From NCBI RefSeq assembly GCF_026210795.1, contig NC_089435.1, forward strand, positions 2,046,001 through 2,110,000: a DNA stretch of 64,000 nt. The letters run 5' to 3'. The translations under genes were made by a program, and so were the position numbers. The stretch is from Rhizophagus irregularis. Taxonomy: Eukaryota. Positions 1-12,340 of the stretch are shown in pieces. A model generated the notes under the pieces. That model searched no databases. It saw only the letters and a list, made by a program, of their open reading frames with translations, and was not told the DNA's origin. How positions within the stretch are numbered: the first letter of the stretch is position 1; every line of letters begins with the position of its first letter.

Positions 1-594
1 TCAGAGATTTGAATATCTTATTTGGTTTTTTGGTTATTATATCCGTACAATATTTTTGAAGTTCCAAAAAAGAATCGTTCTCAAAGCTTTTTTGATATAT
101 CAAATTAAAATTTTGTTCCATCCAATTTGCTTTAGTTTCAATCAAAAAGGATTGTAAATAATCGATTAGTTCTTGGAGACCAAGTTCGTTACCAGCAACC
201 AAAATGTCAATTATATTCCTAATATCATGTTCATCCAAAGAAATACTTCCACCATAAATATATCTAAAAATAAAACCGTAAATTTAAATATATATAACTT
301 TAATTTAATTCATTTTTTCTTAATTATTATTACTGACCTTAAGATTATTTCAAAAATATCAGGTGAAATATTTGGTAATTTTATATGTACCAAAGTTCCA
401 TCATTTTTCCTCTTATTAGTTGTCAAAATTTTTTGTAAAAAAGTAGAACGATAATGTAATATAACCATATGAGCACGAAAGATCTTTACATAAGGATCAT
501 TTCCAACTTCAATAGTAACATCGTAATACTCATTATCATTTAAAATTTCAAGTAAATTTTTTGATAATATTGGTAAAAATTTATTATTTTTCAT
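1..594 (-). CDS. BTB/POZ-BACK-(TLDc) protein, 5' part; runs off the window start
   Basis: Exon 1 (594-338) encodes a BTB motif (YYDVTIEVG...IFRAHMVIL). GT-AG intron 337-264. Exon 2 from 263 reads YIYGGSI, like the complete paralogs. Confidence 0.85.
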
Positions 595-1546
595 GATTTT
601 TAAAATTAGGAAAGAATGAAACGAGGCAATTTTGTAAAGCGATCAACCTTATATAAATTGCTGCTGCAGTTTGTTGATCATTTCGTACCTATTCTTTTAC
701 ATAAAAGGTAGTTTGTGTTAATTTGTGGAAAAAATGGAAAAAAATGATAGTATAATTGTTGTTATAATGTGCTGTATAAATCATATATTTTTCTTATATT
801 ACAATTTTAATTTAAATGCAAAAAAAAAAACTTGTATTGAATAACAGACTTTTAAAATGCTATATTATTTATTAGTCTGAACATCCGAATTTTTGTAAGA
901 ACTTTATTACTTGATCTCTATAAATGATTGAAGTATTGTGTTCCTCCAAAGAAAGCCTTCAACATAAATATACATAGAATAACGAATTTAATACTATTTA
1001 TTATTATAATTTATAAATTCATTATTCAATATAATTTCATTCTTTTAAGAACAAAAAAAAAAAATTTCGGGTAAATGTTTGTCTTTAATAGTGTAGTGTC
1101 ATAATTTTACCAAAATTAAAATAGTAGATAGGTTAGTAATTTAGATAATGATAATATTAACCCACCTCGTAATATGTGACGCATATTGGAATATTTAATG
1201 ATCACGTGATGCAGATCATTTAGTTATGAAACCCCGCATGGGCGCATGGTAATAAACATTAATAATCATTAAAGGATAGTGAAACATTATAAATTAATAA
1301 CCCTAAAATAAGTACCCTTAAATTAGTTATGAGTAACTTTTGGGAAAAGTTAAAAGAGAATGGTTCTTGCAAAGTTATTTTCACATTAATTAATCTTAAT
1401 ATTATAAATTATTTCCACAATGTAATAATTTTGACCCAATAAATATTATGTTTTATAACCCAAAATTCGTGTTTGAATAATTTTATGTAATAATAAACCA
1501 AGCAATGTATTTTATTTAATAAAATTCTTATTTTATTTGATTTAAC

Positions 1547-2208
1547 TTAATTGCTGATCCGTTTAAAATCGGCACTTTTTTCGGGGTTAATTAACGGTTA
1601 AATTTAAGCAAAAATCGCACAATTGTAAGAAAACTACATAATACTAGAGAAGGGAATAATTCATTATATATAATAAAAATTATATAATATATGTAAAAAA
1701 AACCCAAGGAAAAATAATATGCTAAAATATTTGTACCTTTATTATTGAAAAAAACAACTTTACATTTCACGCGCGTCAGATTTAACTTTTATATGCGAAT
1801 TTTGATAACTTTTTATTATATTATTATATTTAAATATCAACAAATGGCTTATAGTAACAATCAACCAACTTTAAATTACTAAAAAAAACCATTTATTAAT
1901 TATTTAATTGTCAATTCATTTAATATTGGCACAATTTTTACTTTTTTAGCATTATATGTGCGGGGTGAAATTTAACGAAAATTGCATAGTTGGCAATAAA
2001 TTCACAAATACTAAAACTGCGATAACTCAATATTTTTTAATAAAAATCATATAATATATGTAAAAAAACCCAAGGAAAAATAATATGTTAAAAAAATTAT
2101 AACTTTACTATGGAAAAGAATGACTTTACATTGTACGCGTGTCAGATTTAAAAGCTATATGTATTTTATATATACGATAGTGCCGTTCTTAAACGGATCG
2201 GCAATTAA
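1547..2208. mobile_element. Non-autonomous TIR element (MITE-like), superfamily unclear
   Basis: ~30-bp imperfect inverted ends TTAATTGC(T/C)GATCCGTTTAA(A/G)A(T/A)CGGCACT. Internal ~110-bp direct repeat (about 1670-1785 and 2038-2150). No ORF. Confidence 0.7.
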
Positions 2209-2548
2209 CGTCACTTGTCATAGAAAAGGTGGCAGCTTTTCTTGCACGGCAACAGATAATAATTGAGTTTAATTTATAAGTTTAAATAACTTTGTAAATT
2301 TCTATTTAGAAATTTGCATATAAAAAATGAATTTTATTTGTATAAAATTCTAAGAAATTGTGACGTGAGAATAGATTGGATAAAGGAAATACTTGATAAG
2401 ATAAGTAGAGAATATTATATCTAAATAAGGTGATCAATTAATTTTTATAAAATCTATTTAATAGTTTAATATATTACAATCAATTTATATAAATATGGTG
2501 AATACGATAATAAAAAAAAAATTAATATCCACTATTGCAAAATTGATT

Positions 2549-4028
2549 TTAATTTAGAATTTGAAATACTTCATATTCTTCACCAGAAAAAAATTCAGTA
2601 GATTCTCTGATTTGCTTTTCGTAATACATATAATCACAAATACCAACGTCACTAATTAAAATAAGGTCATCACCAAAAGCTGGACCAACTTCACGATAGT
2701 TGTGTATAGCAAAATTTTCATTTTCCACGCGCCTTAAAATATAACTTTCAATATCATCACTATTCTTAAAAGAAAATATAAAACTATCGTTAGTAGTGCC
2801 ATAATTACCAGCATCATTAGACTCCCATTTAATTGGATTATATCCCCCAAGAATTTCATTACTATCTTTCACTTTAATAATTGTTATAGTACGAAATTGA
2901 TTATCACAGATTTCATGAAATTTTTCAGGTGTAAATCCATCACGAGATCCACGCAGTAACAAATTGAATTTGTACGCAGTTTTTATCTCATCCGTAATTT
3001 TTAATCTATCGATCCATTTCGAGATTAATTCAGCATGTTGAGATGTAATGATTTTGGAATCAATATTAATTTCTTTAGTAGACATACGAGGTTTTGATTT
3101 TTTATTAGGATTCATAAAATATTTTAATAAGTCTTCATATAATAAATCCTTAGGTAAAATCTTCCTGTAAGGTAATACTTTATCAGAAAATTCTTCAGAA
3201 GATAGATTATGAAATCTGATAAATGGAATACATTGACGCACATTATTCTTTAAAGTTTTGAAATCTTCTTTTGAAAAATTTGCAGGATCCGAAGAAATTT
3301 CTGGGTTTTGAGCAAGTCCCCATTTAAGCACATGATTCCATACTTGAATTTCTTCCATTTGAAGATTATCACTTTGAATAATTGTGATCAAAAGCTTTTC
3401 TGGAATTGAAGCAAAATTTAGAGATTTGAATATCTTATCTGGTTCTTCGGAGGTTAAATTAGTACAAAAATTTTGAAGTTCCAAGAAAGAATCGTTCTCG
3501 AAGCATGTTTGATATATCAAATTAAAATTTTGTTCCATCCAATTTGCCTTAGTTTTAATCAAGAAGGATTGTATATAAGTGATTAGTTCTTGAAGACCAA
3601 GTTCACTTCCGGCAATCAAGATTTTAATTATATCCGAAGTATCATATTCCTCCAAGGAAATTCTTCCACTATAAATATATCTAAAAAAATAAAAGCGTAA
3701 ATTTAAATATGTTGTTATACAGTATATTCATTTTGTAATTTCAATAATTTTAATTTAATTTTAATTATTACCTTAAGATTATTTGAAAAATTTCAGGTAA
3801 AATATTTGGTAATTTTATATGAACCAAAGCCCCATCATTATTCTTTTTATTTGTTGATAACATTCTTCGTAGATACGTGGAACGATAATGTAAGATAACC
3901 ATATGAGCACGAAATATCTTTATATAAGGATCATTACCAACTTCAATAGTAACATCATAATATTCTTCATCATTTAAAATTTCAAGTAAATTCTGAAATA
4001 ATTTTGGTAAAAGATTATTATCATCCAT
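2549..4028 (-). CDS. BTB/POZ-BACK-TLDc protein (2 exons)
   Basis: Exon 1 4028-3772 (BTB), intron 3771-3681, exon 2 3680-2549. BACK motifs (LQMEEIQVW..VLKW, CIPFIRF) and TLDc motifs (LLLRGSRDGF..FHEICD, ILGGYNPI.W, DSFIFSF, GPAFG, EEYEVF). Confidence 0.92.
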
Positions 4029-5488
4029 AATTTATAAATTTTAAAAAAGAAATAAAAGAAATAAAGAAATGAAAAAGAAAATGATCGACAATTTTGTTGA
4101 AAGGCTAACTGGTTAACCTTATATACTTTAAATTTCTGCTGCAGCTTGTTGATCTGAGCCAACATCTTATTAGGCAACGTGCATGTAGATTTCTTTAGTA
4201 TAAAAGATAGTTTAAAAAAAATTTAATCCTAACAATAGTATTATTATCGTCGATACAGTATAATTCATTCTTTTAATATAAAAATTTCAGGTAAATATTT
4301 ATTAATTACTATGATGATGCAACAGGATTAATAAGTTTCTATATTTAATTAAATTAGATATATTATTGGTGATATAAATAAATAAATATAATAAAAAAAA
4401 ATCACTTTTTTTAGTGTTGATTAAAAAAAATTTTAAAGAAATCGAAAAAATAGAATATTTAAAAAAGAAAAGATTAAAAAGAAAATATCTTGAAAAAAAC
4501 AGTTAAAATCAATTTTCTTCTGGTAGAAAAAAAAAACTGAAAAAAACCATTAAAAACTATTTTTGGGGGTTGAAAAAAAAATGAAAAATTTTCGATTTGA
4601 AATAAAAATAAAAAATTTTCAGTTCAAAAAAAAAAAACCGAAAAAAATAATTTTAAAAATTTTGGTTCTATAAAAAAAAAAGTTTTTTTTTCATTCGGTT
4701 TTTACTATATTTATTTTTTTTTAAAAAAAAAAGTTCATATAAACATTATATATTACGATAAGCACTTATCACATATTGTACTTATCTTTTTTTTTCTTAT
4801 TTTTTTAAGGGTTTAATGAATAAAAATTAAGTACCTCCTGATTTATATGAATTAAAAGAAAAAGGTATTTAATAAATTTCAACCAAAAAAAGTATATATT
4901 AAAAAAAGAAAGCCGTTATGCACTTATACTTGACGGATAATTCGACTGCTGCCGATCGCATCTAATAAGACAAAGTTTAATTTTTTTTGTTAACATTATT
5001 TCATTAGCAAAAAATATCCGACATTAATCGAAACCACATGACCTGATGACAAATCAAATTATTCTAACCATAATAAATAGAACATCCTTAACCTAAGGTG
5101 GGTGTAGACCTTTAACCTAAACTGAGGTGTACGATAAGATTTGGTATATATATAAGATGATTATTATTTTTTCAATTCATATGTTCTAGTTCCATTTGCT
5201 CTGTACGCATTTGGGTTTAAATTTCGTCTTGAAAGGTCACTTTTTTTATTTTATTTTCGGTTGAAGTGATTTTTTAAATATAAAGTATACTGAAATATTT
5301 TTAATTGAAAATTTAGGATAAAAAAGTAAATATATTATTCGTGTTAAGCTTAAAGGTCCCAAAAGCTTCCATAGAAGTTTTACATAAATTCTTTAGTTAT
5401 GTTTTATTAGTAAAAGACATAAAATATAAAAATTTTGTAAATCTAGTTCAAAATATGGTTTATTTATCTTTTTTTTTTAAATAAATAA

Positions 5489-5524
5489 CTAGAACTGTGC
5501 CGCTATGGCCGCCTGGCGGCGGCC
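5489..5524 (-). mobile_element. Helitron 3' terminus (body extends to higher coordinates; 5' end not located)
   Basis: Perfect 7-bp GC stem GGCCGCC-4nt-GGCGGCC (5507-5524), followed on the - strand ~15 nt later by CTAG|T. Confidence 0.65.
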
Positions 5525-7263
5525 TTTAAAGTATAATTAGGTTTAACATAAACCGAATGTAAATGCATAGCCAAACAAAATACTTTTTTTTTAAAGAACC
5601 CATAATTGCTTTATTAAACTTATATAAAAACTGATAAATTGTATTAAAAAAAATATTTATAAGTTTGGATGAAAAATTTTATCAGTGTCATATCATATTT
5701 AGTTATATTATTAATTTGTTTAATATATATAATTAGATCGTAACTAATCTGTCTTAATCTGATTCAGTTTTATTATTAATTATGATTTAATGTTAGTAAT
5801 AAATTATTAGTAACTGCTAGAAAAAATTATTTAGTAATCAAATTATTACGAAATCTTTAATAATTCGTATATATTTGATCAGTGATCTATAACATATATT
5901 TGTAATATTTGATTAACAATTAAATTTTACAATAACTCCAATTTTTTTTAAAAAAAACAATTACTTTTTTTTTAATATAGTAAAAGTAAATAAACATAAT
6001 TTCTTTTATTTCATTAAAAAAAAATAAATATAATGCTTAATTACACAAAAAATACCAGATAATAAAAAATCAGTTCGTATTTGTCAGGTGATCTATGACA
6101 TACGTAACAGTCGTAACGTCTAATACGATCAGAAATTATATTTTACGATAACCAATTTTTTTTTAAACCAACTACTTTTCTTTTTAATTTTATTAAATTG
6201 ATATATTGAAATTGAAATTGAAATTGAATTTAATTGAAATGAAATTTAAATTATGTTTTATATTTAATGAAAAAACACTGAGTTCAACGTTTTTTTTTAT
6301 TAAAAAACGTAATCTTTACTAAATCTTGCATTAGTAATTACACTAACCCAACCCCCCTCTAAACATGAACTCTCATATTAATAGATTTTGGTGAAAGCGC
6401 AAATCGGTATTATCACATTTACGAAACAGCAAATAACTACCATCGTTTGTTTGCACATGTCATGCTCGTGATTTTTAACGCATCATATAAAATACTTACT
6501 GTATTATGTGGTGGGTATAACCAACATGACTGCACGGTTTTACTTATTAAGTCCATTTTTGCAAAACTTATATAGTTCAGCAATAATAAAAATACTTAAA
6601 TGATAAATTTAGGTCTGGTTCACATTACTGACAATCATATTACCGACAATCATTGTTATTGTTTATTTATTATTGTTTAAAATAAAACTTTTATTAGTTT
6701 ATTATTTATTATTAATTGAAATAATATACAGTACATTATTATATTCAATTAACATTTTGAAATACTCTAAAATGCTTACAAAAAAAGCAAATTATATAAA
6801 CTAAATTAAGAAAATTATTAAGAACAATTCTAAGTACAATATATTATGTCAGTTTGTGAGTTGTGTGAATAGTATTTAGTGCTGGAGATTTTTTTTATTA
6901 TTTTGACTAGTTTTCTATTTTCCATTTTTTTTTCTTTTACCTTTTAGATCTAAGAATTTTTGTAAAAAATATTGTTCTAAATTCCCCTTTTTTTGCTTAT
7001 ATAGATTCATTTGAGAAGACTTATTGTAAGGATATTTTGAAAGTGAATTTTGAAAAAAGTTTGGGTGGTTATCTTTATATTTTATTATTTTTTGAGTGTT
7101 CAAAATGTTTTTTATACTTAAATTTAAAGTATTATAAATACTGTAACAGATTAAATTTATAATTCAAAAATCAAATTTTAAGTTTTAATTTGTAGACTCA
7201 TATACTAGTGTACTTTTTAAAATTAGAAATTAAATAAAACATTTTTGTGAATGTTACACTGAT

Positions 7264-8005
7264 CTACATATCATAAATCTGGCCAAATTTATGTTTAATT
7301 CCGGCCAAAATTAAAATCGTATAAAAAATTGCATTTTTGTTAATCACATCTTTATGGATATCGTTCAACGCATTCCTAACTTTGCTGTCCTGCATAATGC
7401 AATGATTCAGCATATTTAGGTGATGAAACAAATCCTCCGATATGTACTTCTTCAAAGTATACTAAAAATTTAATAATTTCTGTTTATAATTATCAATCTT
7501 ATTATTAACCGAATGAGGAAATGAGATTTCAGATAGCTTAGATAACGCATCAAGTCTTGCCATTTGTTTAGACGTCTAAAAAAATTAAAAATAAAAAAAT
7601 TTAATAAGCCAAAAAAAAAAAACGCAAACACATTTTTTTACCAAACATCATACTCACTTGCATTCAAGTGCTTTAAGATTCAAGTTGAGTAACGGTTGTA
7701 GAACCAATTATTTATCTAGCCTAATTCAAAGTAACCTAAAATAAAAAAATTTTCACGTCAATTAAAAAAAATTACTTTATATAAATTATAAATAATTACT
7801 TGAGCGGAAGTTCTATTAAATTTCCGATACAATCATCTAAAATTTTCCAATTTTTCATTTTTTGCAGTATCCGCGACTACTTGATCGCGACATCCTGATT
7901 TTGGATCATTATAAAAGTTTAAAATATATTTTCGGGGTTGCTTATTTTACGATGGATACGGTAATTATTACCTTTAATCATGCCATCTTGTAAATCTAAG
8001 TCAAA
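7264..8005 (-). pseudogene. Multi-exon pseudogene of unknown protein
   Basis: Four exon-like blocks with GT/AG boundaries (DLQDGMIKGNNYRIHRK..., VTLN*AR*IIGSTTVTQLES*, TSKQMARLDALSKLSEISFPHS, YTLKKYISEDLFHHLNML...) containing several in-frame stops. Confidence 0.55.
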
Positions 8006-8496
8006 TTGTATACTATGATAAGCTATAAAAAAAACGTTATAAATACTATACTTTTCCATATATTAATTTGTTTTGACAAATATTGATGGTTACTTTCTTG
8101 TTAAGTAATAATAAAATTTAAGTAATCAAATTCAATTTTTACTGAATAATTATCAATGAACATTATTTTAATATTAAAAAATTTATGATTTATTAATTTA
8201 TGTAAAATTGAGGCGAAATTCATGAAAATCACAAATGTAATATGAAAAATTACCACTGTTTTGTCAAGAGGTAATTGTAATATATAACTGATGTTCTTTA
8301 ACCAATAAAGAAGGTTTGATTAAAAATAAAAGGTCATGAATTAATTTTTTGCATACAAAAACTAGTCAATCAATCATTAAGATAACATAAAACATTTTTC
8401 TAATCATTATTCTGATTTCTGGAGATTATATCATGTGTTTGTATATTTTTTAAAAAGAAATAAAAAAAACAACCACATCAATTATTACAAACTAAT

Positions 8497-9976
8497 TTAT
8501 CTTATAACTTGAAACACTTCATATTCTTCCACAAAAAAATCATTAGTCGTTTCTCTGATTTGATTTTCATAATGATTATTTTCACAAAAACCATAGTTAC
8601 TAATTAAAGCAAGGTCATCACCAAATCTTGGACCATTAGTTCGATAGTTGTGTATAGCAAATTCTTCATTTTCCACGCGACTTAAAATATAACTTTCAAT
8701 ATCACCACTGTTCTTAAAAGAAAATATAAAACTATCCTTAGTAGTGCCAAAATTACCATAGTAATTAGATTCCCATTCAATTGGATTATATCCCCCAAGA
8801 ATTTCATTACTATTTTTCACCTTAATAATTGTTATTGTATGAGATTTGTTATCACAGATTTCATGAAATTTTTCAACTGTAAATCCATCACGAGACCCAC
8901 GCAGTAACAAATTGAATTTGTATGCAGTTTTTATCTCATCCGTAATTTTTAATCTATCAATCCATTTCGAGATTAATTCAGCGTGTTGAGTTGTAATGAT
9001 TTTGGAATCAATATTATTTTTCCTAGTAGTCATACGAGATTTTGATTGCTTAATTGATTGGTTGTTAGAATCCAAAAAATATTTTAATAAATCTTTATAT
9101 AATTCTTTTGGTAAAACTTTTTTATAAGGTAATATTTCTTTTGAAAATTCATCAGAAGTTAAATTATAGAATCTAATAAATGGAATACAATTATGTAAAC
9201 TATTTTTCAAAGTATCAAAATCTTCTTTTGAAAAATTTGCAGGATCCGAAGAAAGTTCTGGATTTTGAGCAAGTCCCCATTTAAGCACATGATTCCATAC
9301 TTGAATTTCTTCCATTTGAAGATTATCACTTTGAATAATTGTGATCAAAAGTTTTTCTGGAATTGAAGCAAAATTTAGAGATTTGAATATTTTATCTGGC
9401 TCTTTAGAGGTTAAATTAGTACAAAAATTTTGAAGTTCCATAAAAGAATCATTCTCAAAGCATGTTTGATATATCAAATTAAAATTTTGTTCCATCCAAT
9501 TTGCCTTAGTTTTAATCAAGAAGGATTGTATATAGGTGATTAGTTCTTGAAGACCAAGTTCACTCCCAGCAATTAAGATTTTAATTATGTCCGAAGTATC
9601 ATATTCCTCCAAGGAAATTCTTCCACTATAAATATATCTAAAAAAATAGAAAAACGTAAATTTAAATGTTGTTATACAGTATATTCATTTTGTAATTTTA
9701 ATTTAATTTTAATTATTACCTTAAAATTATTTGAAAAATCTCAGGTAAAATATTTGGTAATTTTATATGAACCAAAGTCCCATCATTATTCTTTTTATTT
9801 GTTGACAAAATTCTTCGTAGATACGTGGAACGATAATGTAAGATAACCATATGAGCACGAAATATTTTTATATAAGGATCATTACCAACTTCAATAGTAA
9901 CATCATAATATTCATTATCATTTAAAATTTCAAGTAAATTTTGAAATAATTTTGGTAAAAGATTATTATCATCCAT
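8497..9976 (-). CDS. BTB/POZ-BACK-TLDc protein (2 exons)
   Basis: Exon 1 9976-9720, intron 9719-9638, exon 2 9637-8497. Same motifs as 2549-4028, with a near-identical N-terminal half. Confidence 0.92.
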
Positions 9977-10640
9977 AATTTATAAATTTTAAAAAAGAAG
10001 TAAAAGAAATGAAAAAGAAAATGATAGACAATTTTGTTGAACGGCTAACCGGTTAACCTTATATATACTTTAAATTCTGCTGCAGCTTGTTGATCTGAGC
10101 CAACATCTTATTAGGCAAAGTGCATGTAGATTCTTTAGTATAAAAGATAGTTTGTGCTACTTTGTAAAAAAATTTAATCCCAACAATAATAGTATTATTA
10201 TCGTCGATCATAGAGTCTTTTAATATAAAAAAAATTTCAGGTAAATGTTTATTAATTTACTGTTTATTATTGGTGATATAAATAAATACAATAAAAAAAA
10301 TAGCAAAAAAAAAAATTTTAACTTAAAGAAACCGAAAAAAATAGAATATTTAAAAAAATAAAAGATTAAAAATGAAAATATCTTGAAAAAAACAGTTAAA
10401 ATCAATTTTCTTCTGGTAGAAAAAAAAAACGGAAAAAATCATTAAAAACTATTTTTTTTGGGTTGAAAGAAAAAATGAGAAAATTTCGATTTGAAAAAAA
10501 AAAAACATAGAAATAAAAATAAAAAATTTTCAGTTCGAAAAAAAACTGAAAAAAAATAATTTTTAAAAATTTAAAAAAGATTTTTTTTCATTCGTTTTTC
10601 ATTACATTTTATTTATTTTTTTTTTTAAAAAAAAATTTTT
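9977..10640. repeat. Duplicated upstream region, homologous to about 4029-4735
   Basis: Long near-identical blocks (e.g. GCAGCTTGTTGATCTGAGCCAACATCTTATTAGGCAA; TTTTCTTCTGGTAGAAAA) lie upstream of both BTB genes. Confidence 0.85.
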
Positions 10641-10720
10641 TTACAATTTATTTATAATTAACACTAATTTACTTAAATATTGATTATTTGATTGTTATAT
10701 TTGATTTAAACTACATTAAT

Positions 10721-10750
10721 CCTGTTGCAAACGCAACAAGTTACAGCTAG
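10721..10750 (+). mobile_element. Helitron 3' terminus
   Basis: Hairpin TGTTGC-AAAC-GCAACA then GTTACAGCTAG|T. Same layout as the end at 36643-36671. Confidence 0.65.
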
Positions 10751-10989
10751 TAGTTATTAGCTAGGCTGAAATTATTTTTATTTGGTTTCTTTTGTCTTTT
10801 ATGCAGATCAATAGTGCAACAAAGTATTTTATTTTTATTCAAAATTTTGAATGTTACACATGCTGCACAAGGCTTATTTGTTGAATAAATTTATCCGAAC
10901 TCCGTAATTTTAAAAAATTTTTTTTTTTACGTTTCATTTTATTATATGGTTAACGTTATCTTTGAATTTACTAAGTAAATTGTAATCTA

Positions 10990-12301
10990 CAGTGCCTGGA
11001 AATAAGTCAGTAAGCACGTGACTGTAGATCATTTATTTGTTTAACTTTAAAACCAGTTTTGTCGATCATTTTATTATAAATTTGTCTCCAATTTTTTCCC
11101 ATGCGTTGTTTAGAACCTTCTTTAACTACTATGTCTTGCAAACGAAGAGAACTTACAATTTTTGAACGTGGAGAAGTCATTGGAGCTTGGAAATGTGGAG
11201 TAAGTGAACGAAAGATAGCTGAAGCATTAAATTGTCCCAGTTGTACCATTCATAAGGTTATTTCTACTTACAAGATACGTGGTGATGAAACACTCCCTCC
11301 TAGGACTGGAAGACCGCCTAAAATGACAGAAAGGGATGGCCGACATTTAATAAGAATTCTTAAAAAAGATAGGAAAATGACCCTTCAGGAGTTACATGAG
11401 AATTTCGTTGATTCTACTTCCACACATGTATGCAAAAAAACTTTACTTAATTATCTTCATGAACAAGGTTTTTATAGTCGAGTAGGAGTAAGAAAACCTC
11501 TTGTTACTGAAACAAATAGAATTAAAAGACTCAACTGGGCCAAAGAACGAAAATTATGGATAAATGAGTGGGACAGTGTTATTTGGAGCGACGAATCCAA
11601 ATTTGAATTATTCAGAGGAAATGGTAGGAGATTGGTTTGGAGAAGGCCACATGAAAAATATGATATTGAGTGTTTAATACCTACAGTAAAGTCAGGTCAA
11701 CAAGGAGTGATGGTTTGGGGATGTTTTTCAAAAAACAATCTTGGTCCATTAGTTAAATTAGAAGGTAAAATAACAGCCACAGTATATATGAATGTACTGG
11801 AAAATTATTTATTACCATTTATTAATAATCTAGACGATCAGGAAAATTTTATTTTTCAGGATGATAATGCCCCTATACATACTGCAAGGGTGGTTAAGAG
11901 TTGGGAAGAAGAAAATGAAGTAAACAGCCTTCCTTGGCCCGCACAGAGCCCAGATTTGAATCCTATAGAGCATTTATGGGATGAATTGGAAAGGCAGGTG
12001 CGGGCACATAAGCCATTACCAAAAAACAGGGAGAATTTATGGGAAATACTTCAAGAGGAATGGTCAAATATTGAAGCTGATAAATATCAAAATCTTATTA
12101 GTAGCATGCCTCGTCGTATCTCTGCTGTTATAAATAGTAAAGGTTACCCAACAAAGTATTAATAAAAAGTTGAAGGCTTTGTCTTTCAAATAAAAAAAAA
12201 AATATTAAATTTGGCGTAGTAATTTATGAATTATTTAATTTTAAAAATTCGCATTAAAATTGATCGACATCACGTGCTTACTGACTTTTTTCCAGGCACT
12301 G
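10990..12301 (+). mobile_element. Tc1/mariner DNA transposon, full length (1312 bp)
   Basis: 32-bp TIRs CAGTGCCTGGAAA(T/A)AAGTCAGTAAGCACGTGA with one mismatch. TA target duplication at 10988-10989 and 12302-12303. Single transposase ORF. Confidence 0.97.
11101..12162 (+). CDS. Tc1-type DDE transposase
   Basis: 353-aa ORF with N-terminal HTH and GRPP linker, WSDESKF, FQDDNAPIH and SPDLNPIEHLW catalytic motifs. Confidence 0.96.
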   Translation: MRCLEPSLTTMSCKRRELTIFERGEVIGAWKCGVSERKIAEALNCPSCTIHKVISTYKIRGDETLPPRTGRPPKMTERDGRHLIRILKKDRKMTLQELHENFVDSTSTHVCKKTLLNYLHEQGFYSRVGVRKPLVTETNRIKRLNWAKERKLWINEWDSVIWSDESKFELFRGNGRRLVWRRPHEKYDIECLIPTVKSGQQGVMVWGCFSKNNLGPLVKLEGKITATVYMNVLENYLLPFINNLDDQENFIFQDDNAPIHTARVVKSWEEENEVNSLPWPAQSPDLNPIEHLWDELERQVRAHKPLPKNRENLWEILQEEWSNIEADKYQNLISSMPRRISAVINSKGYPTKY

Positions 12302-12340
12302 TACATACAATCCAAATAATTTAGTATAGAAATATCAAAA

